Shown: in pieces, positions 35,590-49,091 of the stretch
Layout of the letters: each line of letters opens with the position of its first letter
How positions within the stretch are numbered: position 1 is the first letter of the stretch
From: Marsupella aquatica
Taxonomy: Eukaryota > Plantae > Marchantiophyta
Assembly: GCA_973895155.1 (NCBI GenBank)
Contig: OZ316893.1
Coordinates: 6,782,963-6,846,962, forward strand
Length of the DNA stretch: 64,000 nt
Direction: 5' to 3'
Translations under genes and position numbers: made by a program
Notes under the pieces: model-generated
Told to the model about the DNA's origin: nothing
Database searches by the model: none
What the model saw: only the letters and a program-made list of their open reading frames with translations

Positions 35590-38074
35590 ATGAGGACTCT
35601 CAATGCGATATCCTCGCCTCTGTTGTCGAAGGTCCACACAACAGCAGCAGCTGCTGAGGCGGTGGCCTCACACAAAGCTGAACATTGCTCCCAACAGCCG
35701 GCTCTCAATTGCCGCTCTTCAATTCAATGCCAGAGCGGACGGACTCGGAGCCTCCCTGTCTTTGGGTGTCGGGGTTTTGTAAGCAGAGACCGATCATGGA
35801 TTGTGCAGGGGAAGAGCAGCATCACCTCCGTTGTAGGCCGAGCAGCACGAGGAGCTGCAGGAGAAGTCGCATCTGCTGCCTTCACCGGAATATCGCCGGG
35901 GGAATTGGAGAAGACCGGTGATTCCTATTTTTTGACTGATACACGGCCTGTGATTCTCTTCGACGGTATGAGTTTCCCTCCCTTATTCCCGTAGTTTCAA
36001 GCTGTCCGGATATGTGTCTTCGACGACGAAAGAATTGAACCGAAAACATCAGTTCAGGGGACGGAAATTCGATTTTGAAAGAGGAATTTGCAGTTACTAG
36101 TAGAAGGAGCTGAACAGAGAATTCTATCCGAGGGGAAGGGGCCGGGAAATCTGTGCAGAAGCAAGCCGCATATCAAAGCAGAGAGTTGCAAAGCATCGGC
36201 GTTGTTCGATGACTTTGAACCAAAAAACGAATTTCTAAACACCCCCCTGACTGCTTCGTGACGACTGACGTGCCGATATTCTCACGACAACAGGTGCTAA
36301 GCCCTTAAGTGTAGAAGCGCAAGAAGAATTCTCAATGAAATCCATCGGAAAGTTCTTAAAATGGCCGGTTTGATTGAAGCCGTCGGTGCTCGTATCTTAC
36401 AACGTTAAAAGAACACAAGACAGGAGAGATATTCCGCATTTCTGCGGAGATAAATTAACAGAATTGAGCAGAAATTTTCTGAGGAGAGTAAGGAAGGATT
36501 ATCCGGAGGGCTATGGAATAGGTCGGCACTGTACAGGGCACACGACAATTGTATGCTTGGCTGAGTTGGCCAGGTATTTTATATGTGTCGTTTTCTTTTT
36601 ATTTTGAAGGAGTCCTTCATCATAACTTGGACATCTTCACTTCATTCCGCAATATGTTATGGCAAATTGAATGTTTCCAAGCTATGGCAAAGACGACCTC
36701 CAAACAAATTTCTTGGAAAATTTAGGAGATTAAGGGAACCAACTGAACCCAGAGTATTGCAATGTTCTGTTTCTAATTCTTGAGATTTATTTCTTTGACT
36801 GAGAAGCAGGTGTGTGTAACATGTGTAACGGGACCGTGAATTTCTTGCTCGACAATGACAAAGAAGGGTAAGGTCTTTATCGCTTGCCTTCCTGTCCGAA
36901 ATTTTTAGTGAAGTCCTACTATACTTAATGTTAACCATGGCTTAAATTTTTGGGACCATGTACTCTTATTATGTGCTCCTCTGTGGTGTTGAAGAATTCT
37001 TTGGATGTTTCTCTGTAGTACCCTGAATGTGCAAGCTCCATGATTGTCTTGTGTGTATTGATAGTTGTTTATCGTCGTATAAGTCCCGACTACAGATCTT
37101 GGTGCGAAGGCACTAGCCCTCCTTCAGCTGCACAAAAGTGAGAAGTTGTCGGGGTAATTGATTTGTTGAGGTCGCAGGCTCAGCTTCTGCATCAATTATT
37201 GTAGCAAAGTGATGAATAATGACTAATTTGAAGGATTTTCGTGGCTATTGTGAAAATCAACAGGAAGGTGAGATTTGCAGCTCTTCAGAGTGAAGCAGGG
37301 AGCGCATTGCTCGTCAAATCTGGTCTTCCACCGGATTATATGTCTAGCGTAGTCCTTGTTGGCAAGGACAGGTATGTCTTGTTGAAATTCTTTCTCGATT
37401 GAAAGTCAATGGACAATAGACAATCCAAGAGCTTTTCGTTACCAATAGAGCTGTCAGGCTGAAAACCTTTCTTAACCTTGGACTCTGTATAATTGCCAAT
37501 GTGTTGACAACTGATGACTAATGTGTTCGTCTGATAATATTAAGTATTTCTGTTGCAGATCCTTCATAAATTCTGAGGCAATATTACGAATCGGCCAATT
37601 CCTAAATTTCCCTTTTACCCCTGCTGCTTCGCTAGGGCTCTCTATTCCCTTGTGAGTATACTCGACTTAGTTCGTTCCATGCATTCTTTTCTGAAAGCTC
37701 TTTTCTCCTGAATGATCTGCCATGTGACAATATTCCAGCTCTGCTGATGCTATTGACACCATTTACGTTGGCTGCCTGTGGAATTTCAATCTTTCTTCCA
37801 ACCCAACGATCCAGTGCTTAAAACACGAAAGAAAAGAGATGTGGTTGTTTATATTAGAACGCATCACTGGAAGTTAGGTAGACACCGCGTAAACTTAGAT
37901 TGACCGGCCTTCCATGCTATAATAAATGTGTTTTGATATTTATCTCCTACTGAATGCAGGTTTCTCCGGGACGCATTGTACAGACAAGTGGCTGACAATC
38001 GATACAATGTATTCGGCAAGAGTGATGCGTGCCGTTTATCAGACTCTCGGTTCACAGAAAGATTCGTAGAATGA
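35590..38074 (+). CDS. DCC-family (DUF393) thiol-disulfide oxidoreductase, organelle-targeted; exons 35590-35965, 36810-36867, 37264-37371, 37559-37651, 37960-38074
   Basis: GT-AG introns keep the frame; spliced protein reads RPVILFDGVCNMCNGTVNFLLDND…VRFAALQSEAG…SEAILRI…LRDALYRQVADNRYNVFGKSDACRL (DxxCxxC motif). Confidence 0.92.
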
Positions 38075-38697
38075 TCATTCAGTTGGAATTGGAGTCTTGT
38101 CAGCGTTCTGCGGATTGGAGATGTGTACATATAGAAAGCTTGCAATAAAGAGTGCAGTCGATTTTCTTGACTTCAATTGTTCTGATCCATCTGTATATGC
38201 AAAATATTGTTAATTGTTAAACCACAACTTCCCATATTAAGGGGGAGGGCGCTGGCATTATTCAAGACCAAACTTCTGGAAAGTTTCGTTTGAGATTCTC
38301 GAGACGTTTAGTCTAATTGCAATCATCATGGGATCAAAAGTTTGATGAGCTTCAGTTTTCCCACTCACACAATGCTTTCATTAAGGATTTAGAAATGGGA
38401 TTACAAGCGTTGTGATTGATTTGAAAATTTTAAAAACAAGCTTCATACTTTGTAAACGAAATTTTGAAAGTTCAAATTGAAATTGCATGAAGTCTTACTG
38501 CATTAATCTATCTGGAAATGGCTGACATGACCACACTGTTAATGTCAAGACTATTCATTGTGTTGCAATTATAGACAGTATTGTTGACTTGAACTCTTCA
38601 GTGTCAACAAACAATTATACCTCATTACTTGGTGCCAATGTGGTCCTGGGCAATTTAAGTATTACGTGCAACCAAAAGCTACAGTCTGGAACTTACT

Positions 38698-38781
38698 GTC
38701 TAGAGTGAAACCTCTAGACTTGACTCCTGGGTGGCGCCAGTCTAGAGTGAAGTCTCTAGACCTGACTCCTGGGTGGCGCCA
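38698..38781. repeat. 42-bp tandem duplication, each unit with a TCTAGAG…CTCTAGA-type hairpin
   Basis: GTCTAGAGTGAAacCTCTAGACtTGACTCCTGGGTGGCGCCA twice. Confidence 0.75.
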
Positions 38782-41700
38782 AGCTTCAGAGCAAGGGAAT
38801 AGGAATAGGTAAGTAACAATGGGTCTGATCAAAGCTCGGGCAATCAGGCTAATGATTCATAAGAAGTGCAAAAGTACTCCAACAGTTTTATTTCATTTGA
38901 TCATACCAAACTGTCTATTACGCTTTGCACCTAGCCACCCCTTTCCCACAAGTTTGTGCACCAAGTACTCCAGGTGGCATGTCATGCTCATTTTGCATAG
39001 AGAATATTGAAAGAGCATAGTCTTTTGGTAAAAAATTTAGTATCACTGTTATCTCGTTAGTTCACGGGAGGGGAAAAAATATCTATGGCTCAAAAAGTAC
39101 ATCTCACCAAGATCTATGTTCCACTAAAACTGAATCACCAGAAAATGTTTTAGGGTATGAGGGTCCTATGACAGAGTGGGAGAGACTGCATTATGGGTCT
39201 ATTGTTCATCTGGGCAAATGAATAGTAGCAGAGTCCCATTTCTCGTGGCAGCTGTTGGTTAAGGAGTCAGGAATGAGAGAAGAATCATGTAAAATTGATA
39301 CCACTTATTGTACATATTCAGAATTCCTTCCAGCAACACTAACTTATTGGATGGAAAGTGGGCAATACCACTTGAGCTCTCCCCTCTCCCCTCTCCCACT
39401 AGGTGTGGGGGAGGGTTGGAGTGTGTGTGTGTGGGTGGGTGGGTGGCCAAGTGCCATACATCTAGTGGAGATGAAAAATTTACTTGCATACAAAAATTAG
39501 TTCATGTACTTTGTACTCATGTAAGCTTTTAATTATTGTAAGGAAGCTAACACTACTTAAACCACCACTGTCTTCAAGCAAAGCCTGGTTGACCCAGGTT
39601 ACCATAATTGATCAATAATATTCATTTCCTTGAAATGGTTTCATTTTTATAAAATTTGATCCCCGGTGAAAAGCCCCGAGGGAAGGGCCAACAAGCAGAA
39701 TAAAAAGCCAGACGATCAATAATATTCTTTAAAAGTGTGAACAAATTACACTGTATTGCCAAGGAGTAACATCTAATTTTTGAACTTAAAGCCCTCATGG
39801 ACAAACACGTTTGGAAAAAAGCCCGGATGGACACACACAACCCAGATAGACACAACCCGAACTTCATTTTTTGCTCATGTAACATGCTTTTTGATTATAA
39901 TCCCAAAGTGACCTGTAAGGAGGTATGTGACAGGGACCAGTCAGTATTCAGTTGATTCTTTCGGTAGTCTGTCCACTTTTTCCTCCCTGCAAGGATGCGG
40001 TGACCGTCCAACTCAACCATATGGTCTGAAGCAAGGTTTCCTTCCATTAATGAAAGAACTAAATTTGTTTGTTAGGTGTAATTGGAGATTCTTCTTACAG
40101 TGTCACATGGTTGTGTCCATCTGGGTCGTCCCAACAAATGTGTGTGTCCCTGAGGGCTTTAAGTTCCTAATTTTCATATCCCATTTGTCAATAAACTAAA
40201 TCCAATGGCATGCACCTTTTATTGTGACCATTGTGTCCCGTTTGCATTCTGACTTTGGTTACCTCTACTTTTTGTTAGTTTAACACTTATTTGAAAATTC
40301 CTGGTTAGTTTCTTCACAGCCTATCTATTGTATCTGTTTTGTTGGCCTTACATCAAACATCAACGGTTGTCTCTATTTTATATTGCAAACAAAAACATTC
40401 CTATTTGTGCCAAAAATTGATGGTGTGGCCGCAAGGGTTGCCATGGAATTAGGAAGACACTTACCATATATGGGGGTCACTAAATACAGCTTGTGGGGCA
40501 ATAGTCCAAATATATTGCTCAAATAACATATTTTACTTGTTACGGACCCACATGGGAAGTTCCTTCCAAAATTCCTGGATACATGTTCAGCCACATTAAC
40601 ATGATTTGTCACCAACAAGTACCGTTAGTTATGCAAGAAGAACCAAATTTTACTGTTCATGTCCGAGGCAAGACAAAGAAAAACAGTTAAACCCTATAAT
40701 TGTAAAAATAATGGAAAATTGAAAAGTAACATTTCAAGTAAATAAAGAAAAGGGTAAACTAAGGGTGAAAGAAAATAATCTTTGGATGAGTTATGATTGA
40801 TATGTCAATGTTTTTTTGTTTATCTGTTTCAATTTTCTATTTCATTTGTCCCTTCGGGGACATCCGATCCGATAAAATTTTCTATTTCATTTACACATAT
40901 TTGAAATAATGACAAGTAGAAAAAAACTCATCAACTACTCTAACATTTACCAAGGTAACATAAGAAACCCAAAAAACTTTTTGACTCCCCTAATATTTAC
41001 CAAGATAACTTAAGAAACACTTTGGCTACTATGGATAGAGGAGTAACAAGCAAAGGTAAAAAACACCATAACTACTATGGGTAGAGTAATACCAAAGGAC
41101 TCTAAAACATTTGAACTACTATGGACAAAATAATTTTTTGTATTAACTATATGAAATGTTACATGTATAGTATAGACACTAAGATACTAAGAAATACTTT
41201 TTGCATGGAGAATTATCCTCATATTACCATGAATGTACTTCTATTTGTCTTCAATGAAATTGTCCTAACTAATTTTTAAATTCACTTCATTTAGTATCCT
41301 CCGTTTAATATTTGTCTTTTCATCTAACTATTCCAATGTGTAACACTTCATGGCTTCAAATAGTTCAATTAAACAAGCTTACACAACTAATTAAGGAGTC
41401 CTCAAACTAACTAGAGTCTATTTACTACACAAGACTCAGTCATCACAGATCATCTATAGAGATATTACAATAAAAAAGAGGATGGAATAAATGTTAGTTT
41501 TTCAAGCAAATATAAGGTCAATAATAAGTCCAATTGCTTTGAAAAACATGAGTAAAATATAATGACACTTGCAAAAACAATGAAAAACACAGCATTGCAC
41601 ACTTAAGTAAAGCAAATAGAAACACTCATGTGTAATCATCATTATACCCAACATATTACATAGAAATTACATCCCTAAGGGTTTTATGGGGGGATCTCTC

Positions 41701-42448
41701 AGTGACAGCAAATAGCAAACAACAAACAGTAAATAGCAAACAGCAAAACTCATACCAGCAAATGTGCACCCAAAAAAAGACACCGAAGGATAAGAAAATA
41801 TTGTCACATATATTGGACCTGAAGCGGCCATTGAGTACATTTATACTAGCGCCGGGCGCTATAAGGAAAACATCCGAATAAAAACCTCTTTGAACTACCG
41901 GCTACAGTAATAGCGTCGGGCGCTACTCTAATACGACACGTCACGGCGTTCTTATTTAGTGTCGTCGTTCTCCATGAACGGGTAAATAAAACAAGGAAAA
42001 CTAAAGACCAGATCCACAACCACCACTCGACTCTGAGCCCGATTCAGAACCGCTACTTTCTGATCGATCAGTGGACTCTGCTTCGTTGTCCACATACTTG
42101 GATTTTGCAATATCATCTACGAAGTGATTCTGCACAAACTTTCTATCTGAGCCTCTCCTGAGTCTAAGACCCTTACTCTCCCAAGTAAGCGTCCTGACTG
42201 AATCTGCCCGTCGTGCGGCCTTTTCAGCATAAGAGGGGAGAACAAATGGCTTCTCCAGGGTCTGTACAACGTTCCTAGAGACGTTCCTTCGAAGTTGAAA
42301 ATGCCTCCGAAGATTCCACTCTGACCTGAGAATTTGAACTGGAGTTCTTTAGTCGAAGTTGGGAAATCGGGCGAATTTTCTAGACAAAAGGGAGTATAGG
42401 AGTTCTTTGGAAAAAAGTATACAATGAGAGAAAGAAAGCTAAAGAAAA

Positions 42449-45400
42449 TTACTCTTCTGACTCTTCACTGTCCTCATCTCCAGATCCAAGGTCCACCACA
42501 TTCTTTGACACCTCATCATCTTTAGATTGCTGAGAATCATTGCCACCCTCATCCTCGTCTTCCGAATCAAAATTTAGAACAGCACGGAGCCTGTCCTGCT
42601 TCTTACTTCCAGGAATCTTCTTAGGAGGAGTTGGTGCAACCACTTCTTTGTTCTGTAAAAGATCGAGGAAGACCTTACCGGAAGTATCAACAAACTCTGG
42701 CCGATTTTCCAGCCCAACAACAAAGCGACCAGAATAATCTCCAGCCACAAATGTACTACCGGAACCTACTGTCCAGTCCATAACGATATCTCCAGGAAGA
42801 GTCACCAATTCCAAAATAGTTTGCATGAAACCCACAGGCAAGCGTGAATTTCCTGCAAATTGGAGCTCAGGAGTCAGGTCATGTCGCGGCAACAAAAACC
42901 CAATAATGTTAGTGACGGAAGGGTCTTCTACATTCGATAGTGGCCGGAACTTGGGGTCTTTCGGGACCCTTCCCTTTGTCGAAATGCCGCAAAATATATT
43001 AAGAGTAAGTGTGAATATTTGCAACACAGTTTCCCAATGAAGGCAGTATAAGAAAACATACACATATATTAGCGCTTGGCGCTAGTCAACCCTTCATCCT
43101 TACAAAAGATAAGTGAATTGTAGATATAGCGAATGCTAATAGTAGCGTCGGGCGCTAGTATGTGCAAGAGGAATTGTTACCTGAGTATCAGATCGGGGCC
43201 TATACATTGGTGTAGTCATGACCACATGGTGGGTTGAAATACACTGGAAACACTTAGAATCCTGGCAAGCCGCAATCACTTCAGATACCTGATCATAGTC
43301 TCCTCTGTGTAAAATTGCAAGTAGGCCATCGTCTGCCAGGAACGGCTCCATGGCTCAGAAGAAAGAGCTGGGAATAGTGTAATCTTGAAGGTTCCACTTG
43401 GGAACCTTCCGATCAAGAAGTATTGGTTTTAATCCAGTGGGAATGTAGATGAAACCAGCATCCACACCAAAGCCTCTCTCTTTTCCGCCACGCATTACTC
43501 CCTTCTCTGTCTCTTGACTTTACCAATTCCTTTCCCCAGGCCTCAACTTTAGTAACCCACATGGGCTTCATCCCCTTGTTAAATACCGAATCATAAAATT
43601 TGTTTAAATTGGACTCCACAAAATAGTGTCTAGAACACCTTCGCTTAAAATTCCCGACATCTCTCTGGAGTCCACAGGAAATAATGTCTCGAGTAGATGA
43701 TGCTGCTCTGTCCTCACTGGTGCCTCTCTTTTTCTTTTTCTTCGTGCTAGTTGCATCAACAGGGACAATGGATTTGCCAGCACCATCCGGGGTCCCTTGA
43801 TCCGGGGTTTCTTGAGCTCCAGTGTTTGCCTCCGATGCCTGAGGAGTTGCATCATTCTTCCCTTCGGCAGCCGGGACCTCCGTGTCGAACTTTTGACCTC
43901 CTATTAGGCACAGAAACTTGCATGAGTCCAACCTTTCAGACTAGCGCCAGGCGCTATTAATCAAAGGAATTTCCAAATGAAACTCCTGCATAAGCAGCGC
44001 CAACAAGTAACCAAAAAGCGCTTAGACTACTCACTTTTCTTGAAGGACCTTGTGGAGTCACTTGGTGCAGCTGACTCATTCTTCGCCTTTGCTCTTGGCT
44101 TACGGCTTCGGTCAACGTGCATGACAAGAGACTCACAATTCTTCTGTAACTCAGATGCAGATTCGTCAACATCAGACTGGAGACCTTGCTTCATTGCAGA
44201 CACATAGTTGGCGGGGATCTGGGACTTCTGCAACTTCATGAAGGCATCCTTCTCAGCTTTGTCGAATGGTAAATCCCATTTGTCTGTGTCGAGGTACCAC
44301 GGACAGTGACGTCTCTCCCACTCCGACAATGAACGTGGTGGAAACTTTCCCTCCGCTGGGTACATCGAATACAGGTCGGCAAGAGCGTCTCCCTCTTCGA
44401 TAGACACCCATTTCTGAAATGCAGCCGGGTATGTCCACAGTGTGTCTGGAGATCTAAGCTCCATCCACATGTAAAACCGGTATAGATATCGTTTGGCTCT
44501 CTTCCGGTTCCGCTCTGTGTAATCTTCCTTGTCCGCATATTTGGAAGGCCACAAGTTGTTGAAGAATTTTGCCTTGACAAGATCCCCAAAGTTTCTGAAT
44601 TCATCGAGAATGATCTTAAGCATGGCCTCCATTGACTCACACCCAGACTTTGTGAGACAGTCAGCCGGCATCCGGTCAGAAATCTGTTTGAAGGAAGTGT
44701 GAAGCATTCCAGTTGCAATTCCCTCCACAAAATTCCAAGTATGCCATGTATGGCACCACTGCTTCACAGGCTCGTCGTTGACACTTGCAGGATGGAAAAA
44801 CTGTTTCCGAATCTCGGGAGTGCAGTGGGCTACTAGAAGGGTGCACCTCAATTTTGGATCTAGGTATGAAACAGCAGTAAACAACCTGGCTCGATCCATT
44901 GTGCATACAACTGTGTTTGGCTTCTTCTCCCATTTGTTCTTCTCAGTTACGGGATACATCTCAGCACAGGTTCCCAAATAATCTCCAAAATCCGGATGAA
45001 GTAAAGGGGTGATCTTCGTCACTTTGATCGACCAATCTTTGGTCGCCTCCTTCATCAATGCCTCATGCCTCTTTATGGTCTCCTCTTCTGACCAAGGAGC
45101 CCCTTGAGCTTTGGCTAAAGCCATATCAGACTTAAATTGATTTGAGTAAGACTTGATTTTGTCCACACATAGAATGTAGATGAGAGCATCTTGTGGCATT
45201 TTATGTGTAAACCAAGACCCCTTTCTCGTCTTCTTTTGGATTGCCTCAAACTTTGCCATGTTCGCGCTGTCAATGAGTGGCTTATAGTGATCAAGATCAC
45301 GCGACAAAATTCGGGAAATTCTGTCCGCGTCAAGAATCCAGGAAGGCTCGACGACTGCTTGTCCAAGCCTAGATGCAATGAAAAGGAATTAGTAGCACCG

Positions 45401-46200
45401 GGCGCTAGCAAAAATTGGGGAATGAATACTTTCATTGTTTGGTCCAAAATGAATGACAGGGGTAAAACAGTTAACGAATAGAACTTACTGGTTCCGGTGT
45501 GCATTGCCGCCTCGAGCTCAACTAGCGATCCTCTGTCACCATTGAAAATGACGCAAATCACACGAGGATGATACTTCAAGTTGTCCGGATTCTCCCTGAT
45601 GACGATTGACCAGGAGTACAATCGATGATTTCCGTCATACACACAAAACATTTTATCTTTTAGAATATGGAACGTTGGGTCCGCATCACACTCTTCCTCA
45701 AACTTGTTGTTCTCTGCGACCCAGATTGGATCCCAAGAGTCTCGGATCTCGCTGGTGCATATCTGAGGAACCCCATCGGCATTCACAGGCTGAACGTAGA
45801 AAGGCATCCCAATGCGCGAGTTGTACCCGGTGACCCAGAATGATTCTTTCAACTTCTTGATCGATGCACTTTCTTTCTGTAAGGTTTGAACAACCTCCAT
45901 GGGGAGCAATCTACAAAGAGGAATTCAAGGTGGCTCCTTATCGAATCCTCAAAAATCCTTCCCGAACGACAATGCGTGCTTTGATATTACCTCGTCCATC
46001 GATAAGCCTATGTCACTGACTTCACCCATGGAGACCTCCTTAGGGTCCATTCTCCCTCTCCTCGACCTCGGGAAGGGCTGTGCAGATTCAGCTTCGGAAG
46101 TTGACAAGGACGCAGTCGATCGAGTGACGCGACGGGTGTATACTGAACCAGCAAATGAAGACTGAGAGGACTCAAAATGACCACCATCAGCCTCCCCCAT
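42449..46200 (-). pseudogene. Multi-exon gene: ParB/Srx-like N-terminal domain, unknown middle region, C-terminal N4C/N6A DNA methyltransferase-like domain
   Basis: ParB-like IPLCRLLP…IKKLKESF..TGY…FCVYDGNHRLYSW (~45490-45930); MTase-like RLPVGFMQTILELVTLPGDIVMDWTVGSGSTFVAGDYSGRFVVGLE (~42700-42845); GT donors at ~45489 and ~43180; several in-frame TGA stops. Confidence 0.65.
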
Positions 46201-47348
46201 TCTCGTATCACCCAGCCAAAAGTTGTCATGGAGAGCGACTAGACCACCCGGCACTATCGTACGCGCCGTGCAGTTCTTGTCACGATCACGTCTCAAAATG
46301 TACGGGACCAATAAAGGACGCACATACGCACTTGACAAACTCGTACAGTCCGAGGTCTGAGTGCTTAGACGGACTAAATTATCCCAAACGAGCGATCTCC
46401 ACCTCGTATTAAGACACCGATACAATGGACCCAGCCATTCGATTACAACGGTCCCAAGTACAGATGGCATTCTCCGATTGGACTTTCATCCCAGACAAAA
46501 TCAAAAAGGGTTCTGTGAACCTCAATCTACTGTAATATTACCGTTGGAAATTGACCGTTGGAACCACATCAATGTCGGTAGTTGTGGATAGCGCCAGGCG
46601 CTATTATACAACATACCTTCAAATGTATCTGGAAAACTGTCTTCATGTAGCTACGTGCAGTAATATCAATACTATTGTCTATAAATTTTCCAATTTTGTG
46701 CAGGTGTCGACAAGCCGAGTTTAGTAGCGCTCGGCGCTAGTATTCAAATAAATGATGAAATTGGAGTCCAATGACAACAAACATGACCACATGAACCCAT
46801 TCATTCAACGAATATTCCAATGAATTACAATAGCGCCTGGCGCTATTAAAATGCACATCAATTGAACAGAATTTGTTGAAATAAAAGTAAAAATAACTCC
46901 GAACGGGTCTGACTTCTGATTCCTTTAATTAATAGCGCCCAACGCTATCAAAAACAATTTAAAGATAAGACATGTCACGACAGTGTTAAGGACACTTTGT
47001 TTCTCATAATAGCACCAAACGCTACTAAAAACATTGACAGCAAACGAGTGTTTACAACAATTTCAAAGAAATCGAGCAGGCTCGCATTCAAAAATACAAA
47101 GCGAACACAGGAGTAGAACCGGAAATTAAAGCTTGGTATTCTGAATTCAAAAGCATTGACGCCAAGGTAAAAATGAACGGCTGTGCCGTTCATATACAAA
47201 GTGTTACAGTACACTAGAAATTCGACATACCTTGAAGGAACAGTATGCGTTTTCGATCGGAAAAAACATGTGGAAACAGATCCTATCAACCTCGATGGAT
47301 CCTCCAAGTCTCTCCAGCACTCGAACGATACGCTCTGACAATGGGAAA

Positions 47349-47777
47349 TCAGTCTTCCCACCAACTTGGCTTGTACGCATCGAAGTCGTCATTCGAGTCG
47401 CTCGATCCATACCACGCAAATCCTCGCCTGCTCGGTGATGAGTCCCTGCTCGAAGAACGATCACTCTCAGTGGATGAAGAAGGCTTGGAGACACCCGTGC
47501 AGATAGTGTCGTCTCTGGGACGGCCGACTGAAGCAGGGGAGATATCCCTAGCGGGAACAGAAGTCGGGCCACTTGGATTTGGCCAACTAGATCCTTCACT
47601 GCGGCCCGTAGGTGGGGCATTCTTTGTCTTCGAGATGAGTTTGCCCTTCTTCAAGATTGGAACCGTCATCCTCTCGGCATTCGGCCGAGGCGGTAAGCTA
47701 TTTGATGCGGGGGTCTCCCGGTCGGTGTCGCTCGGGACAAGTGCCTCCTCCTTTGCCTTCCCTCGTGGAGGTGCCAT
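47349..47777 (-). CDS. Short low-complexity Ser/Pro-rich ORF of unknown function
   Basis: MAPPRGKAKEEAL… start within ORF 47349-48131; no recognisable domain. Confidence 0.3.
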   Translation of the reverse strand: MAPPRGKAKEEALVPSDTDRETPASNSLPPRPNAERMTVPILKKGKLISKTKNAPPTGRSEGSSWPNPSGPTSVPARDISPASVGRPRDDTICTGVSKPSSSTESDRSSSRDSSPSRRGFAWYGSSDSNDDFDAYKPSWWED

Positions 47778-48582
47778 TGAAAGTGAGGACAAGGACGAGA
47801 ACAAGAAGCGCGAACAAGAACGCGAACGAGGACAAGAGCGCAAACTAGGACGAGAATGAGAAATGAGGACGAGAATGAGAAATGAGGACGAGAATGAGAA
47901 CGAGAACAAGAACCCGCACGAAAGCGAAATAGAACCACTGGGCCCAAAAGCAAGAACGAGAACCACGCGCCCGAAAGATGAGCCACAACTACGACTCAGT
48001 GAAGAATGGCTCGACAATGAGGACATCGGATGAGAACGACAAGATATAAGGAGAATTGGCACTTGGTCCCGTGTACCCACTTTGAAGAGGACTCTTTGAG
48101 AGAACTTTTGGAGACGCTTCCTTTCTGACACATTTGGACCCGGGCGGATCGGATTCGAGAAGATCCACTGGAGATCTTCAAGCGTGCCAACTTAATGACT
48201 CGTACTGTATCGCATTATCGTACTTTTCCTTCCATTGAATGTTTTCAAGTCCATTGAAATAGGTAGCGCCAGGCACTATTATTAATTGCCTTTGTACTTC
48301 TCACCCAAGAATGTTTGCACCCAGAGGTAGCGCCAGGCGCTATTATTATTGGCATTTGTAGTCCTCACCCAAGAGTGTTTTACACTTAGAGGTAGCGCCA
48401 GGCGCTAGTAACTATGAACCCAAATCCTACCGTTGGTAAGACGACAAAACATCATTGATGGAGTGCGTCCAAATCTATAACGACTCTATAGTGAGAATGA
48501 AATGTTTACTTCTCGTACTCGAATCTCATGATAAACATATTTCATTTCGCGCGGGGCAAAGGCATATCCCTCTTTTGAAGCC

Positions 48583-49091
48583 ATGGCTCAAAATATCGTT
48601 GTCACGAGGAAGGACACTCGGGATGTAATCACAATTCCCGTCCTCGAATCATCTGAATCAAAGCGTGTTTCAGAGGAATATTTGGGAGTGAGATTTGATG
48701 TCACCAAGGAGTCTATTTTAGCAATCTCGTTAGTGTCGGTTTGTTTGGGGGAGACTCCAGTTTTCTACGATTTTGTTCATGGTCAAAGATATTGGACTCT
48801 GGAGGCTCAGAAAGAATATGAGGTTTTTGTTTTGAGAGATTCTGGGGCCTCTTGTACTCGTCCTCCCACAGCGGCTGAACTCGATGTCATCAAACTCTCA
48901 AAAATTTCTGGAGATGATAAGCAAGCGACAACTACTCTCAGAGAGAAGATTCTAGTTTACCCATCCGAGGTTAAAAAGGAGTCTAATGCGGATCGAGAAA
49001 AGATTGTGCCTTTGACTGTGTACCGGTAGAGTGCAATGGATACAATCTTGAAATCCAAAGGTCATAGTGAATTGTCTTGGTTTATAAGGGG
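48583..49091 (+). pseudogene. Unknown TE-like protein N-terminus, interrupted by LTR insertions
   Basis: 148-aa ORF, TAG, then the same frame continues SAMDTILKSKGHSELSWFIR and, after removing the solo LTR and one TSD, GSDFVHHVVPSLPTSYNGNVV at 53837-53896. Confidence 0.5.

Larger units (their letters stand above)
41840..49091. mobile_element. Probable large DNA-transposon-like element, superfamily unresolved, boundaries not found (continues at 53832-53896)
   Basis: Dispersed 15-bp palindromes, decayed divergent ORFs with CGA/CAG-type stops, repeated LTR insertions; no TIR or transposase motif recognised. Confidence 0.45.

Noticed and set aside
47790-47910. GAGAAC/GAGAATGAGAAATGAGGAC repeats as a coding or regulatory array
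   Set aside because: Simple low-complexity purine-rich repeat that explains the overlapping spurious ORFs.
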